Assembly (NCBI GenBank): GCA_047602405.1
Contig: JASGHJ010000001.1
Location: 640,001-704,000, forward strand
Reading direction: 5' to 3'
From: Anaeromyxobacteraceae bacterium
GTDB lineage: Bacteria > Myxococcota > Myxococcia > Myxococcales > Anaeromyxobacteraceae
Length of the DNA: 64,000 nucleotides
In this document: positions 1 to 8,179 of the stretch, in pieces
Layout of the letters: the number at the start of each line of letters is the position of its first letter
Position numbering within the stretch: the stretch's first letter is position 1
Notes under the pieces: generated by a model
The model's input: only the letters and a program-made list of their open reading frames with translations
Databases searched by the model: none
Told to the model about the DNA's origin: nothing
Translations under genes and position numbers: made by a program

Positions 1-2
1 TC

Positions 3-695
3 GACCGGAAGGTCGCGATCAGCGGCAAGGTCTACCAGGTGGTCGGGGTGATGGAGCGGCGCGGCCAGCTCCTCGGCATGAACATGGACGCGAACGCGAT
101 GGTCCCCTACTCCGCGTTCATGCAGGACTTCGGGAACCGCCGCTCGATCAACATCGCGGTGACCGCGAAGCCCGAGGACCTCTCCGGCCTCGAGGACCAG
201 CTCGTCGAGATCCTCCGCCGGGTCCGCCAGGTCCCGCCGGGCAAGAAGGACGACTTCTCGATCAACCGCCAGGAGCAGTTCATCCGCACCTACCAGCAGC
301 TCACCGGGGCCCTCTACTCGGTGGCGGTCGGCGTCGGCCTGATCACGCTCATCGTGGGCGGCATCGGCATCATGAACATCATGCTGGTGTCGGTCACCGA
401 GCGCACCCGCGAGATCGGCGTGCGGCGGGCGCTCGGCGCGCGGCGCTCGACCGTGCTGCTGCAGTTCCTCGTCGAGTCCGCCATCGTGGCGGCCGTCGGC
501 GGCGCGATCGGCACGGCGCTCGGCCTCGGGCTCGCGCAGATCATCGCGCTCGCGACCCCGCTCGCCGCGACCGTGAGCATCTCGGCGGTGTTCCTGGGCA
601 TCGGCTTCTCCGCCGCGGTGGGCCTGCTGTTCGGCAGCTGGCCGGCCTGGCGCGCGGCGCACCTCGATCCGGTGGAAGCGCTGAGGTACGAATGA
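3..695 (+). CDS. ABC transporter permease, MacB/FtsX family (5' partial)
   Basis: Frame is open from the window edge; GGIGIMNIMLVSVTERTREIGVRRALGA and PAWRAAHLDPVEALRYE signatures. Confidence 0.93.
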   Translation, partial: DRKVAISGKVYQVVGVMERRGQLLGMNMDANAMVPYSAFMQDFGNRRSINIAVTAKPEDLSGLEDQLVEILRRVRQVPPGKKDDFSINRQEQFIRTYQQLTGALYSVAVGVGLITLIVGGIGIMNIMLVSVTERTREIGVRRALGARRSTVLLQFLVESAIVAAVGGAIGTALGLGLAQIIALATPLAATVSISAVFLGIGFSAAVGLLFGSWPAWRAAHLDPVEALRYE

Positions 696-1924
696 CCGCC
701 CTCCTCGACACGATCGCGATGGCGCTCGGGACCCTCCGGGCGAACGTGCTGCGCTCCATCCTGACCCTCCTCGGGATCGTGATCGGGGCCGCCACGGTGG
801 TGGCGATGATGTCCTTCACCGAGGGGCTGCGGGTGAAGCTCGGCACCGACTTCGCCCAGCTCGGCGCCGGCGCCTTCCAGGTCCAGAAGTGGCCGGCGAT
901 GAGCTTCGGCCCGCGCGACTGGCGGAAGATCGAGCGCCGCCCCGACCTCACCCGCGAGCAGGGCGAGGCGCTGCGGTCGCTCCCGCACGTGCGGCACGTG
1001 TCGATCGAGGAGTACACGTTCAACCAGCCGCAGAAGCTCACCACGCGCGATCGCGCGACGAAGCAGAACATCGACGTCTGCGGCGGCCTCCCGGACTACG
1101 AGCCGGCGAACGGCGTGACCGTCGGGACCGGCCGGTTCCTCGTCGACACCGACATCCAGCTCGGGCGCCGGGTGGTCTTCATCGGCGCCGACGTGGCCGA
1201 CGCGCTCTTCCCCGGCATGGACCCCATCGGCCAGGAGGTCCGCATGCGCGGCGTCCCGTTCGAGGTCGTCGGGGTCGCGATGCGCAAGGGCTCGATGATG
1301 GGCCAGTCGAAGGACGGCTTCGCCGTCATCCCCTGGCCGGCGTTCGAGCGGGTGTACGGGAAGGCCCGCAACACCAACATCGCCATCGTGGCGTCCTCGC
1401 CCGCCGACGTGAAGGTCGCGCTCGAGGAGGTCGAGGCGAAGCTCCGCAAGCTCCGCGGCCTCGCCCCGCAGGACGAGAACGACTTCGACTACTACACCAA
1501 CGACACCGCGGCGGAGCTGTTCGACAACCTCGCCCGGATGGTCGCCGCGGCGACCGGCGGCATCTGCGCGCTCGCGCTGCTGGTGGGCGGCATCGGCATC
1601 ATGAACATCATGCTGGTGTCGGTCTCCGAGCGGACCCGCGAGATCGGGGTCAGGAAGGCCCTCGGCGCCCGGCGGGCCCGGATCCTGTCGCAGTTCCTGG
1701 TGGAGTCGGTCACCCTCTCGGTGCTCGGCGGCGTCCTGGGCGTCCTGCTCGGGGGTGGGATCGCCCTCGGCGCGAAGGCGATCCTGGACGTGCCGGCGAG
1801 CATCCCCGCCTGGGCGGTGGTACTCTCCCTCGTCCTCACGGGCGGGGCGGGCCTCGTGTTCGGCATCTACCCCGCCGCGCGAGCCTCCCGGCTCGATCCC
1901 GTCGAGGCGATGCGCACCGAATAG
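692..1924 (+). CDS. ABC transporter permease, MacB/FtsX family
   Basis: RSILTLLGIVIG N-terminal TM, periplasmic domain, GGIGIMNIMLVSV motif; ATGA overlap with the upstream gene. Confidence 0.93.
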   Translation: MTALLDTIAMALGTLRANVLRSILTLLGIVIGAATVVAMMSFTEGLRVKLGTDFAQLGAGAFQVQKWPAMSFGPRDWRKIERRPDLTREQGEALRSLPHVRHVSIEEYTFNQPQKLTTRDRATKQNIDVCGGLPDYEPANGVTVGTGRFLVDTDIQLGRRVVFIGADVADALFPGMDPIGQEVRMRGVPFEVVGVAMRKGSMMGQSKDGFAVIPWPAFERVYGKARNTNIAIVASSPADVKVALEEVEAKLRKLRGLAPQDENDFDYYTNDTAAELFDNLARMVAAATGGICALALLVGGIGIMNIMLVSVSERTREIGVRKALGARRARILSQFLVESVTLSVLGGVLGVLLGGGIALGAKAILDVPASIPAWAVVLSLVLTGGAGLVFGIYPAARASRLDPVEAMRTE

Positions 1925-1959
1925 GAGAACGCCGGCGCCCTGCGGCCGGCGCCGGCCTG

Positions 1960-3189
1960 ATGAGCTCGATCCTCGACACCATCGCGATGGCGCTCGGCAC
2001 CCTCCGCGCCAACGTCCTCCGCTCCGTCCTCACCCTCCTCGGCATCGTCATCGGCGCGGCCACCGTGGTCGCCATGATGTCGTTCACCGAGGGGCTCAAG
2101 GTGAAGCTCACCACCGACTTCGCCGAGCTCGGGGCGGGCACGTTCCAGGTGCAGAAGTGGCCGGCGATGGAGTTCGGCCACCGCGACTGGCGCAAGATCG
2201 AGAAGCGGCCGGACCTCACCCGCGAGCAAGGCGAGGCGATCCGCGACCTGCCGTACGTGAAGCACGTCTCGATCGAGGAGTACTCGCGCGCGCCCGAGAA
2301 GCTCACCACGCGCGAGCGCTCCACGAAGCAGAGCGTGGGCGTGGGCGGAGCGCTGCCCGACTACGAGCCGGCGAACGGCGTCCAGGTCGCCGACGGCCGC
2401 TTCCTCGTCGACACCGACATCCAGCTCGGGCGGCGGGTCATCTTCATCGCCGCCGACGTCGCCGACGCGCTCTTCCCGGACGGCGGCGCGGTGGGCGAGG
2501 AGGTGCGCCTGCGCGGCGTGCCCTTCGAGGTGGTCGGCGTGGCGGCGCGCAAGGGGGCGGTGCTCGGCCAGTCCCGCGACAACTGGGCGGTCGTCCCGTG
2601 GCCCTCCTTCGAGCGCGTGTGCGGCAAGAACCGCAACAACAACATCGCCATCCAGGCCACCTCGCCCGAGGACATGCCGAAGGCGATCGACGAGGTCATC
2701 GGGAAGCTCCGCCGGCTGCGCGGGCTCGCGCCGCAGGAGGAGAACGACTTCGACTGGTACTCGAACGACACCGCCGCCGAGCTGTTCAACAACCTCGCGG
2801 CGATGGTGGCCGCGGCGACGGGCGGCATCTGCGGCCTCGCGCTCCTCGTCGGCGGCATCGGGATCATGAACATCATGCTCGTGTCGGTGACCGAGCGGAC
2901 CCGCGAGATCGGCGTCCGCAAGGCGCTCGGTGCGCGGCGCGCCAGCATCCTCCGGCAGTTCCTGGTCGAGTCGGTGACCCTCTCGTTCATGGGTGGCGCC
3001 ATCGGCGTGCTGGTGGGCGCCGGGATCGCCCTCGGCGCGAAGGCCATCCTGGACGTCCCGGCGAGCGTCCCGGCGTGGGCAGTGCTACTCTCCCTCGCCT
3101 TGACCGGGGGGGCCGGCCTCCTCTTCGGCATCTACCCTGCCGCGCGGGCGTCGAAGCTCGACCCCGTCGAGGCGATGCGCACCGAGTAG
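1960..3189 (+). CDS. ABC transporter permease, MacB/FtsX family (close paralog of 692-1924)
   Basis: ATG at 1960 (MSSILDTIAMALG) aligns with the paralog start; same motifs. Confidence 0.92.
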   Translation: MSSILDTIAMALGTLRANVLRSVLTLLGIVIGAATVVAMMSFTEGLKVKLTTDFAELGAGTFQVQKWPAMEFGHRDWRKIEKRPDLTREQGEAIRDLPYVKHVSIEEYSRAPEKLTTRERSTKQSVGVGGALPDYEPANGVQVADGRFLVDTDIQLGRRVIFIAADVADALFPDGGAVGEEVRLRGVPFEVVGVAARKGAVLGQSRDNWAVVPWPSFERVCGKNRNNNIAIQATSPEDMPKAIDEVIGKLRRLRGLAPQEENDFDWYSNDTAAELFNNLAAMVAAATGGICGLALLVGGIGIMNIMLVSVTERTREIGVRKALGARRASILRQFLVESVTLSFMGGAIGVLVGAGIALGAKAILDVPASVPAWAVLLSLALTGGAGLLFGIYPAARASKLDPVEAMRTE

Positions 3190-3214
3190 GCACGAACAGG
3201 AGAAGTCCGAGAGC

Positions 3215-3907
3215 GTGGAACGCGACAAGGTGATGAAGGAGATCCGCGGCTGGACCGTGACGATCCTGGCGGTCCTCGCGTTCCGGACGTTCCTCTACGA
3301 GGCGGTCTACATCCCGTCGGGCTCGATGATCCCGACGCTGCAGATCGGCGACTACGTCATCGTCGAGAAGTGGGCGTACGGCGCCCGGCTCCCGTTCACC
3401 GAGAGTGCGCAGGCGAGCTGGTCGTCCCCGAAGCGGGGCGACATCGTCGTGCTGCTCGCGCCCCCCGGCAACCCGCGCAACGACGACCTCATCAAGCGCG
3501 TCGTCGGCGTGGAGGGCGACACCGTCGAGATCCGCGACGGCTGGCTCGTCGTGAACGGCGAGCCCGTGCCGCGCGAGACCCTCTCCGGCGAGTGCACCTA
3601 CTGGGACAAGAACGAGGGCGGCCCGTGGCGGCAGGAGGACTGCGCCGACCACCTCGAGACCCTGGGCACCCACCGGTTCCACACCTACTGCAAGGCGAAC
3701 GGCCCCTGCGGCGACGACCTCGTGCCGACGAAGGTGCCGCCCGGCCACGTGTGGCTCGCCGGCGACCACCGCGACCGCTCGGCCGACTCGCGCTACTTCG
3801 GCCCGGTCCCGATCGGCCGCATCAAGGGCCGCGCGGTGATGGCGCTCGCGTCGTGGGGCCCGGACGGCCCGCGGTGGAACCGGCTGTTCCACTCGGTGAC
3901 GCACTAA
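3215..3907 (+). CDS. lepB: Signal peptidase I
   Basis: IPSGSMIPTL (catalytic Ser), LIKRVVG (catalytic Lys), GDHRDRSADSRYFG. Confidence 0.93.
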   Translation: MERDKVMKEIRGWTVTILAVLAFRTFLYEAVYIPSGSMIPTLQIGDYVIVEKWAYGARLPFTESAQASWSSPKRGDIVVLLAPPGNPRNDDLIKRVVGVEGDTVEIRDGWLVVNGEPVPRETLSGECTYWDKNEGGPWRQEDCADHLETLGTHRFHTYCKANGPCGDDLVPTKVPPGHVWLAGDHRDRSADSRYFGPVPIGRIKGRAVMALASWGPDGPRWNRLFHSVTH

Positions 3908-5844
3908 GAGCTTTCCCACAATTGCTCAAGCAAGTCGTGGGGCAGACCGGTTCGCCACCGGGCCCGCTCGGACGTGGTCTCCCGTGAGGAAGGCTCATTC
4001 CGGGTTGGGCCCGCGGCCGTGCCGGCGGTTCGCCGAGCCACCGGCGATGAGGCCGGTGTGGACGTCCGCCACGCGGGGCAACTGGCCTCGCGGGCGAAGA
4101 GGTCGTTTGACTCGGACCGGGTGTCTTGCCACCCGAGACACAGGTAGGGTGTGAGGAGGCGCTGGATTTCGGGGCGGGAGCCGTTTGCGGCGGCGTAGTC
4201 GACGCGCGCCGAGTCGGGTTCGCCGGAGAGGTCGAGCACGACGAAGCTCGCGAGCACCGCGGAGACGGCGTCGCGGTCGCCCTCGAGGCGACAGCGCGGG
4301 CAGCGGTGGACCCGGTCGGCGAGGGTCTTCGGCACGCGGGTGCCGCAGGGGCAATGCTGGGAGAGCGCGGTCGTGCGGGTGGGGATCCGGACGACGCCTC
4401 CCTTGGTCTGGGCGAGGCCTGCCACCGCCTTTGCCTCGCGGTCGATGGCCGAGACGAGCAGGCCCGGCGTGAATGCGGCCACGCCGCGGCCCCAGCGGCG
4501 CGCCCACGCGGAGATGTGGCCTTCCTCGGCGAAGATCCGGTAGCCGTGGGTTTGGACGACCTGGGCAGCCACGCGCCTGGCGCGGTCGCGGCGGGCCTGC
4601 ACCCCGGCAGCCGCGCTGGCGACCTCTTCGGCCCGAAGCCGCCGGTGACGGCGCGAGAGCTGGTCGCGCCGGTAGGCCTGGAGCGGCACGCCGTCTGACC
4701 TTGCGATCCTCGGCCCCTGGGGAATGACGTTCACGGGCGAGAGGCCAGCGGCGGCGCGTCGACGGGCGCGCTTCTCTTGCCGCTTCGACAGCCGGTACTG
4801 TTCCTGGTTGGCAGCGCGGCGGGACCGGTCCAGCGCCCGCTGCCTGCGGCGCTCGCGGCGGCGCCGGCCACGGTCGCGCTCCTTCGTGGCAAGGTCGCGC
4901 TCGATCCGCGTGAGGCGCAGGTCGCCTCCCGCCACCTGCGAGGCGATCGTCAGGTTCGATACGTTGACGTCCATCCCCGCGAGGCGGTCAGCCGCTGCGA
5001 CGGCGACCTCCGCCCGGCGCACCCTCGTGGCCGGCGAGACATAGGGCTCCTTCAGCACCATCAGGTGGGCTTCGTAACGCCAACCTCCCCGCGCGTGGGG
5101 CGCCCGGGTGCGGACGAGGTCGACCTTGTGCCAGAGGCTCGGGTCGGCGAGGTGGTAGTCGAGGATGGGTTGGTTGCACGGTGCCGTGGGCAGTCGCACC
5201 GGGAGGACCAGCGAGCCGTCGGCGAGCCCGCTGAACACGAGCATCAAAGGACCTTGGTAAGCCCACCAGTCGACGCGGCCGCCCGGGGCCGAGGGGGCTC
5301 CGAGGCGATGGCCCGCGAGCGACCCGTGCAGCCGGAAGGTCTCCCACTTCCGTGCCGTCGTGTGAGAGCGCGCGCGGCCGGGCAGCCTCCCGAAGTCGAA
5401 CCACCGTCCGACGTGGAGCAGTCCCTGCCGCTTTCCGGTCGCGTCGGGGAACAGGTGCCGCTCCGCCGGCGACCAGACCGAGTCGGCGAGGTGCATCGCG
5501 ATCGCCTTCGTGACGAAGCGCCGGAGGTGAGGTGCCGAGTCCAGAACGGCGTACGCGGTGTGCTCGAGCGCCCCCCGGCTGAGGCCGAGCCGGTCGCGCG
5601 TGCCCGCGACGTCCTGGGCCCGTTCGTGCTTCGCCGCCCAGCAGGCCCGCGTACGGTTCCGGGCCGCCCGCTGCAGCGCCCTCCGCACCCGGTACGCGTC
5701 CGCGAACATCCGCTCGAGCCGCCGACGCTGCTGGGGATCGTGGACGTCGAGCGCGAGCCGCAGGACCGACACGCCGTCCTCGGGCCGGCGTGCCCAGGGC
5801 TCCTGCTTGTTCGGACCGCGGGTCCGCCTGGGTTCGACTTCCAC
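3904..5844 (-). CDS. Large TnpB-like RuvC endonuclease (putatively RNA-guided)
   Basis: RuvC-I LAGMDVNVS, Arg-rich helix, RuvC-II RIFAEEG, Zn ribbon SQHCPCG...HRCPRC, RuvC-III DRDAVSA, in TnpB order; start codon uncertain. Confidence 0.8.
   Translation of the reverse strand: MEVEPRRTRGPNKQEPWARRPEDGVSVLRLALDVHDPQQRRRLERMFADAYRVRRALQRAARNRTRACWAAKHERAQDVAGTRDRLGLSRGALEHTAYAVLDSAPHLRRFVTKAIAMHLADSVWSPAERHLFPDATGKRQGLLHVGRWFDFGRLPGRARSHTTARKWETFRLHGSLAGHRLGAPSAPGGRVDWWAYQGPLMLVFSGLADGSLVLPVRLPTAPCNQPILDYHLADPSLWHKVDLVRTRAPHARGGWRYEAHLMVLKEPYVSPATRVRRAEVAVAAADRLAGMDVNVSNLTIASQVAGGDLRLTRIERDLATKERDRGRRRRERRRQRALDRSRRAANQEQYRLSKRQEKRARRRAAAGLSPVNVIPQGPRIARSDGVPLQAYRRDQLSRRHRRLRAEEVASAAAGVQARRDRARRVAAQVVQTHGYRIFAEEGHISAWARRWGRGVAAFTPGLLVSAIDREAKAVAGLAQTKGGVVRIPTRTTALSQHCPCGTRVPKTLADRVHRCPRCRLEGDRDAVSAVLASFVVLDLSGEPDSARVDYAAANGSRPEIQRLLTPYLCLGWQDTRSESNDLFAREASCPAWRTSTPASSPVARRTAGTAAGPTRNEPSSRETTSERARWRTGLPHDLLEQLWESS
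3907..4145 (-). ncRNA. Candidate omegaRNA/reRNA scaffold overlapping the 3' end of the TnpB-like gene
   Basis: Lies between RuvC-III and the element end; hairpins at 3915-3941, 4023-4035, 4039-4058 and 4118-4135; inferred by analogy with TnpB systems, boundaries unknown. Confidence 0.4.
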
Positions 5845-6694
5845 CTTTTCACTTTAAGCCGAAGCCCTGACAGGCGTTCAGGGCCTCCGAGCAGGCGCCC
5901 TGGACGAAGTGAGCGACGTTCGCGGTTCCAGGGACGTGTCCGTGTCCCTCATACCGACCCACCGACTGCTCACCCTCGCGTCCATGACAGGGCGCGACCT
6001 CGCTCGCCTCCGGCGCGTGCTCCCCGCGTCCAGGTGCCGGGGGCGTCCCTGCTCGAGCTCGCCGCTGCACCGTCTCCTCGTCGCCTGCATCGCGCTGCGC
6101 ACCAACCTCACCCTGCGCGAGCTCGCCGCCGTCGTCGGCCTCTCGAAGTCGACCGTCCATCGCATCGTCGCAGCCTTCACGCCGAGGCTCGCTGGCCTCG
6201 CTCGCCCTCCCGTCCGAAGAGATCGCCGCGAGACCTGGATCGTCGATGGGACCCTCATCCCCACTCGTGATCACGGCCGCGCTGCGAAATCCAAGAACTA
6301 CCGCTGGTCCTGCAACGCCCAGGTGCTCGTGCGCTGGCGAGACCGTCGCGTCGTGGCCACGTCTGCCGGCGGGCCGGGCAACCGAAACGACCCGTTTCAT
6401 TTTCGCGGCTCCGAAATCGAATCGCTTTGCCTCGACCACCGCCGTGTGCTCGCCGACGGAGGATACCGAGGCGTCACCGGCCTTCGCATCCCTGTCTTCA
6501 GGAGCACCAGGATCGTTCGGGATCGCGCCTGGCGCCGCCATCGTCGCCGCCGGGCTCGCGTCGAACACGTCCTCGCTCGCCTCAAAGACTGGCGCGTCCT
6601 GCGCGACCACCGCCGACGCGGCCGCCACCTCGCGGCCACCGTGGCAGCCGTCGCCGTCCTTCACAATCTCAAGCGAAACTTGTGGGACAGCTCT
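3907..6694. mobile_element. IS5-family-like element carrying a divergent TnpB-like nuclease gene
   Basis: Terminal inverted repeats AGAGCTTTCCCACAA (3907-3921) and AGAGCTGTCCCACAA (reverse complement of 6680-6694), 14/15 identical; TA duplicated at 3905-3906 and 6695-6696; encloses exactly two ORFs. Confidence 0.88.
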
Positions 6695-6697
6695 TAG
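5909..6697 (+). CDS. IS5-family DDE transposase (HTH + DDE_Tnp_4 type, ISL2/IS112-like)
   Basis: RTNLTLRELAAVVGLSKSTVHR HTH; VDGTLIP (D), SKNYRWS, GNRND, ADGGYRG (D), RARVEHVLARLKDW (E). Confidence 0.88.
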   Translation: MSDVRGSRDVSVSLIPTHRLLTLASMTGRDLARLRRVLPASRCRGRPCSSSPLHRLLVACIALRTNLTLRELAAVVGLSKSTVHRIVAAFTPRLAGLARPPVRRDRRETWIVDGTLIPTRDHGRAAKSKNYRWSCNAQVLVRWRDRRVVATSAGGPGNRNDPFHFRGSEIESLCLDHRRVLADGGYRGVTGLRIPVFRSTRIVRDRAWRRHRRRRARVEHVLARLKDWRVLRDHRRRGRHLAATVAAVAVLHNLKRNLWDSS

Positions 6698-7428
6698 CCG
6701 GCGGTCTCAGCCTCCCCGCCGCGCGCGAGCAGCCGCTCGAGGCTCCCGAGCACGAGCCCCAGTCCGACCTCGAACTCGTGCTCGTAGGACGAGGCGCGGC
6801 CGTTGCTCCCGGGCGGCGTCCGTCCCCTCACGAACGCCCACATCTCCCGGATGTTCGGGAGCGCGCCAGCCGGAAAGTCCGGCTGCGGGCCGCCGGCGGC
6901 CTCGCGCGCCGAGGCGATCCAGCTGACCTCCTGCAGCACGAAGCCGTAGATGAAGCTGTCGAGGAGGATGAGGGCGTCGTACGTCGCCTCGATCGAGAAC
7001 CCGGCCCCGCGCAGGATGCCGATCAGCGCCTCGAAGATGGGCAGCCGGGCGGAGCCGAAGTCCACCCGCGCCTCGATGAGCCCGGGCGCCCAGGGGTGCA
7101 GGAGGAGCACGCGGCGGGCGGCGCGGGCGCGGGTGCGCAGCGCCTCCTGCCAGGCGGAGCCCGCGTCCGGCACGCCGAACTCCCCCCCGACGAGGTCGAC
7201 GATGCCGTTGAGGAGGTCGTCCTTCCCGGCGACGTGGTTGTAGAGGGACATCGCCTCCACGCCGAGGGCGTCGCCGAGCCGGCGCATCGAGAGCGCGCCG
7301 AGCCCCTCCGCGTCGGCGAGCGCGATCGCCGCGCGCAGCACCCGCGCGCGGTCGAGGGGCGCGCGGGCCGGAGCGCGCCGTGGCGTGCGGCGGGCACCGC
7401 TCCGCGGTCCGGTCTGCCGCATCCCCAT
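6694..7428 (-). CDS. TetR-family transcriptional regulator with TetR_C-type domain
   Basis: ADAEGLGALSMRRLGDALGVEAMSLYNHVAGKDDLL HTH; AGGAGG RBS upstream. Confidence 0.9.
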   Translation of the reverse strand: MGMRQTGPRSGARRTPRRAPARAPLDRARVLRAAIALADAEGLGALSMRRLGDALGVEAMSLYNHVAGKDDLLNGIVDLVGGEFGVPDAGSAWQEALRTRARAARRVLLLHPWAPGLIEARVDFGSARLPIFEALIGILRGAGFSIEATYDALILLDSFIYGFVLQEVSWIASAREAAGGPQPDFPAGALPNIREMWAFVRGRTPPGSNGRASSYEHEFEVGLGLVLGSLERLLARGGEAETAG

Positions 7429-7444
7429 CCGGCCTCCTGTCACA

Positions 7445-7470
7445 CGTACGACGTAAGCTTACTCTGTAAG
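7445..7470. promoter_or_regulatory. Two tandem palindromic putative TetR operators
   Basis: CGTAC-GAC-GTAAG (7445-7457) and perfect CTTAC-TCT-GTAAG (7458-7470) between the divergent tetR and the next gene. Confidence 0.65.
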
Positions 7471-7522
7471 TCGTCCGGAGGCAAGCGTGCTCCGGCCCCA
7501 GCTGCCCCGAGGAGGAACCGAC

Positions 7523-8164
7523 ATGACCGCGCTCGTAGCCCTCTTGCTCGCCGGACAGGTCTCGCAGGTCTCGCAGGTCTCGCAGGTCTCGCAGGTCTCG
7601 CAGGTCGAGGTCGCGTCCGCCGCGCCAACCGCCCCGCATCGCTTCTTCGTCTCGAGCCCCTACCTCTCCTTCACGAACTGGATCGGCGAGGACGTCGGCA
7701 TGTACGAGCTCCACGCCGGCTATCGGCTCACCGACCGCGACCGCGTCGGCGTGAAGGCCGTCACCTGGAAGCTCAACAAGCCCCTCGGCATCCCGGCCTG
7801 GGATCCGGCCCTGTTCGAGAAGAGCGAGTACTACCCGGGCCGCGTCCGGGAGTACGGCGTCGGCGCGTTCTACCAGCGCATGCTCTGGAGGGGCCTCTTC
7901 GCCACGGCCGAGCTCGTGCCGCTCCGGAAGGTGTTCCTGGACCGGCACGGGAAGGAGCTCGAGACGGGCTTCCGCCTCTACGCCTCCCTCCACGTCGGCT
8001 ACCACCTGTCGTTCTTCCGCGACCGGCTGTTCATCGAGCCGCAGGTGCACTGCAACGGGTGGCCCGTCGACTCGAAGGGCCCGGAGGGCTTCCGGCGCAT
8101 GGACGCCCGATGGAACAGCTACTTCCTGTTCGAGCCGAACCTGTACCTCGGCGTGAACCTGTGA
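7523..8164 (+). CDS. Hypothetical exported protein, possibly an outer-membrane beta-barrel
   Basis: GAGGAGG RBS, signal-like N-terminus, aromatic-rich beta-strand pattern ending YLGVNL. Confidence 0.7.
   Translation: MTALVALLLAGQVSQVSQVSQVSQVSQVEVASAAPTAPHRFFVSSPYLSFTNWIGEDVGMYELHAGYRLTDRDRVGVKAVTWKLNKPLGIPAWDPALFEKSEYYPGRVREYGVGAFYQRMLWRGLFATAELVPLRKVFLDRHGKELETGFRLYASLHVGYHLSFFRDRLFIEPQVHCNGWPVDSKGPEGFRRMDARWNSYFLFEPNLYLGVNL
7556..7606 (+). repeat. 9-bp tandem repeat (CAGGTCTCG)x5.7 encoding (QVS)n
   Basis: Five perfect copies plus CAGGTC. Confidence 0.95.
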
Positions 8165-8179
8165 CCCGGGCCAGGCCCG

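Noticed and set aside
889..1959. N-terminal extension on the third permease, and similar long alternative-frame ORFs throughout the window
   Set aside because: They overlap well-supported genes and have low-complexity R/A/P/G composition typical of GC-rich shadow frames.
3904..5844. Calling the RuvC protein a Cas12 effector
   Set aside because: No repeat-spacer array or cas1/cas2 is visible in the window, and the gene lies inside IS ends.
7556..7606. Tandem repeat as a CRISPR array or phase-variation switch
   Set aside because: There are no spacers, and a 9-bp unit keeps the reading frame.
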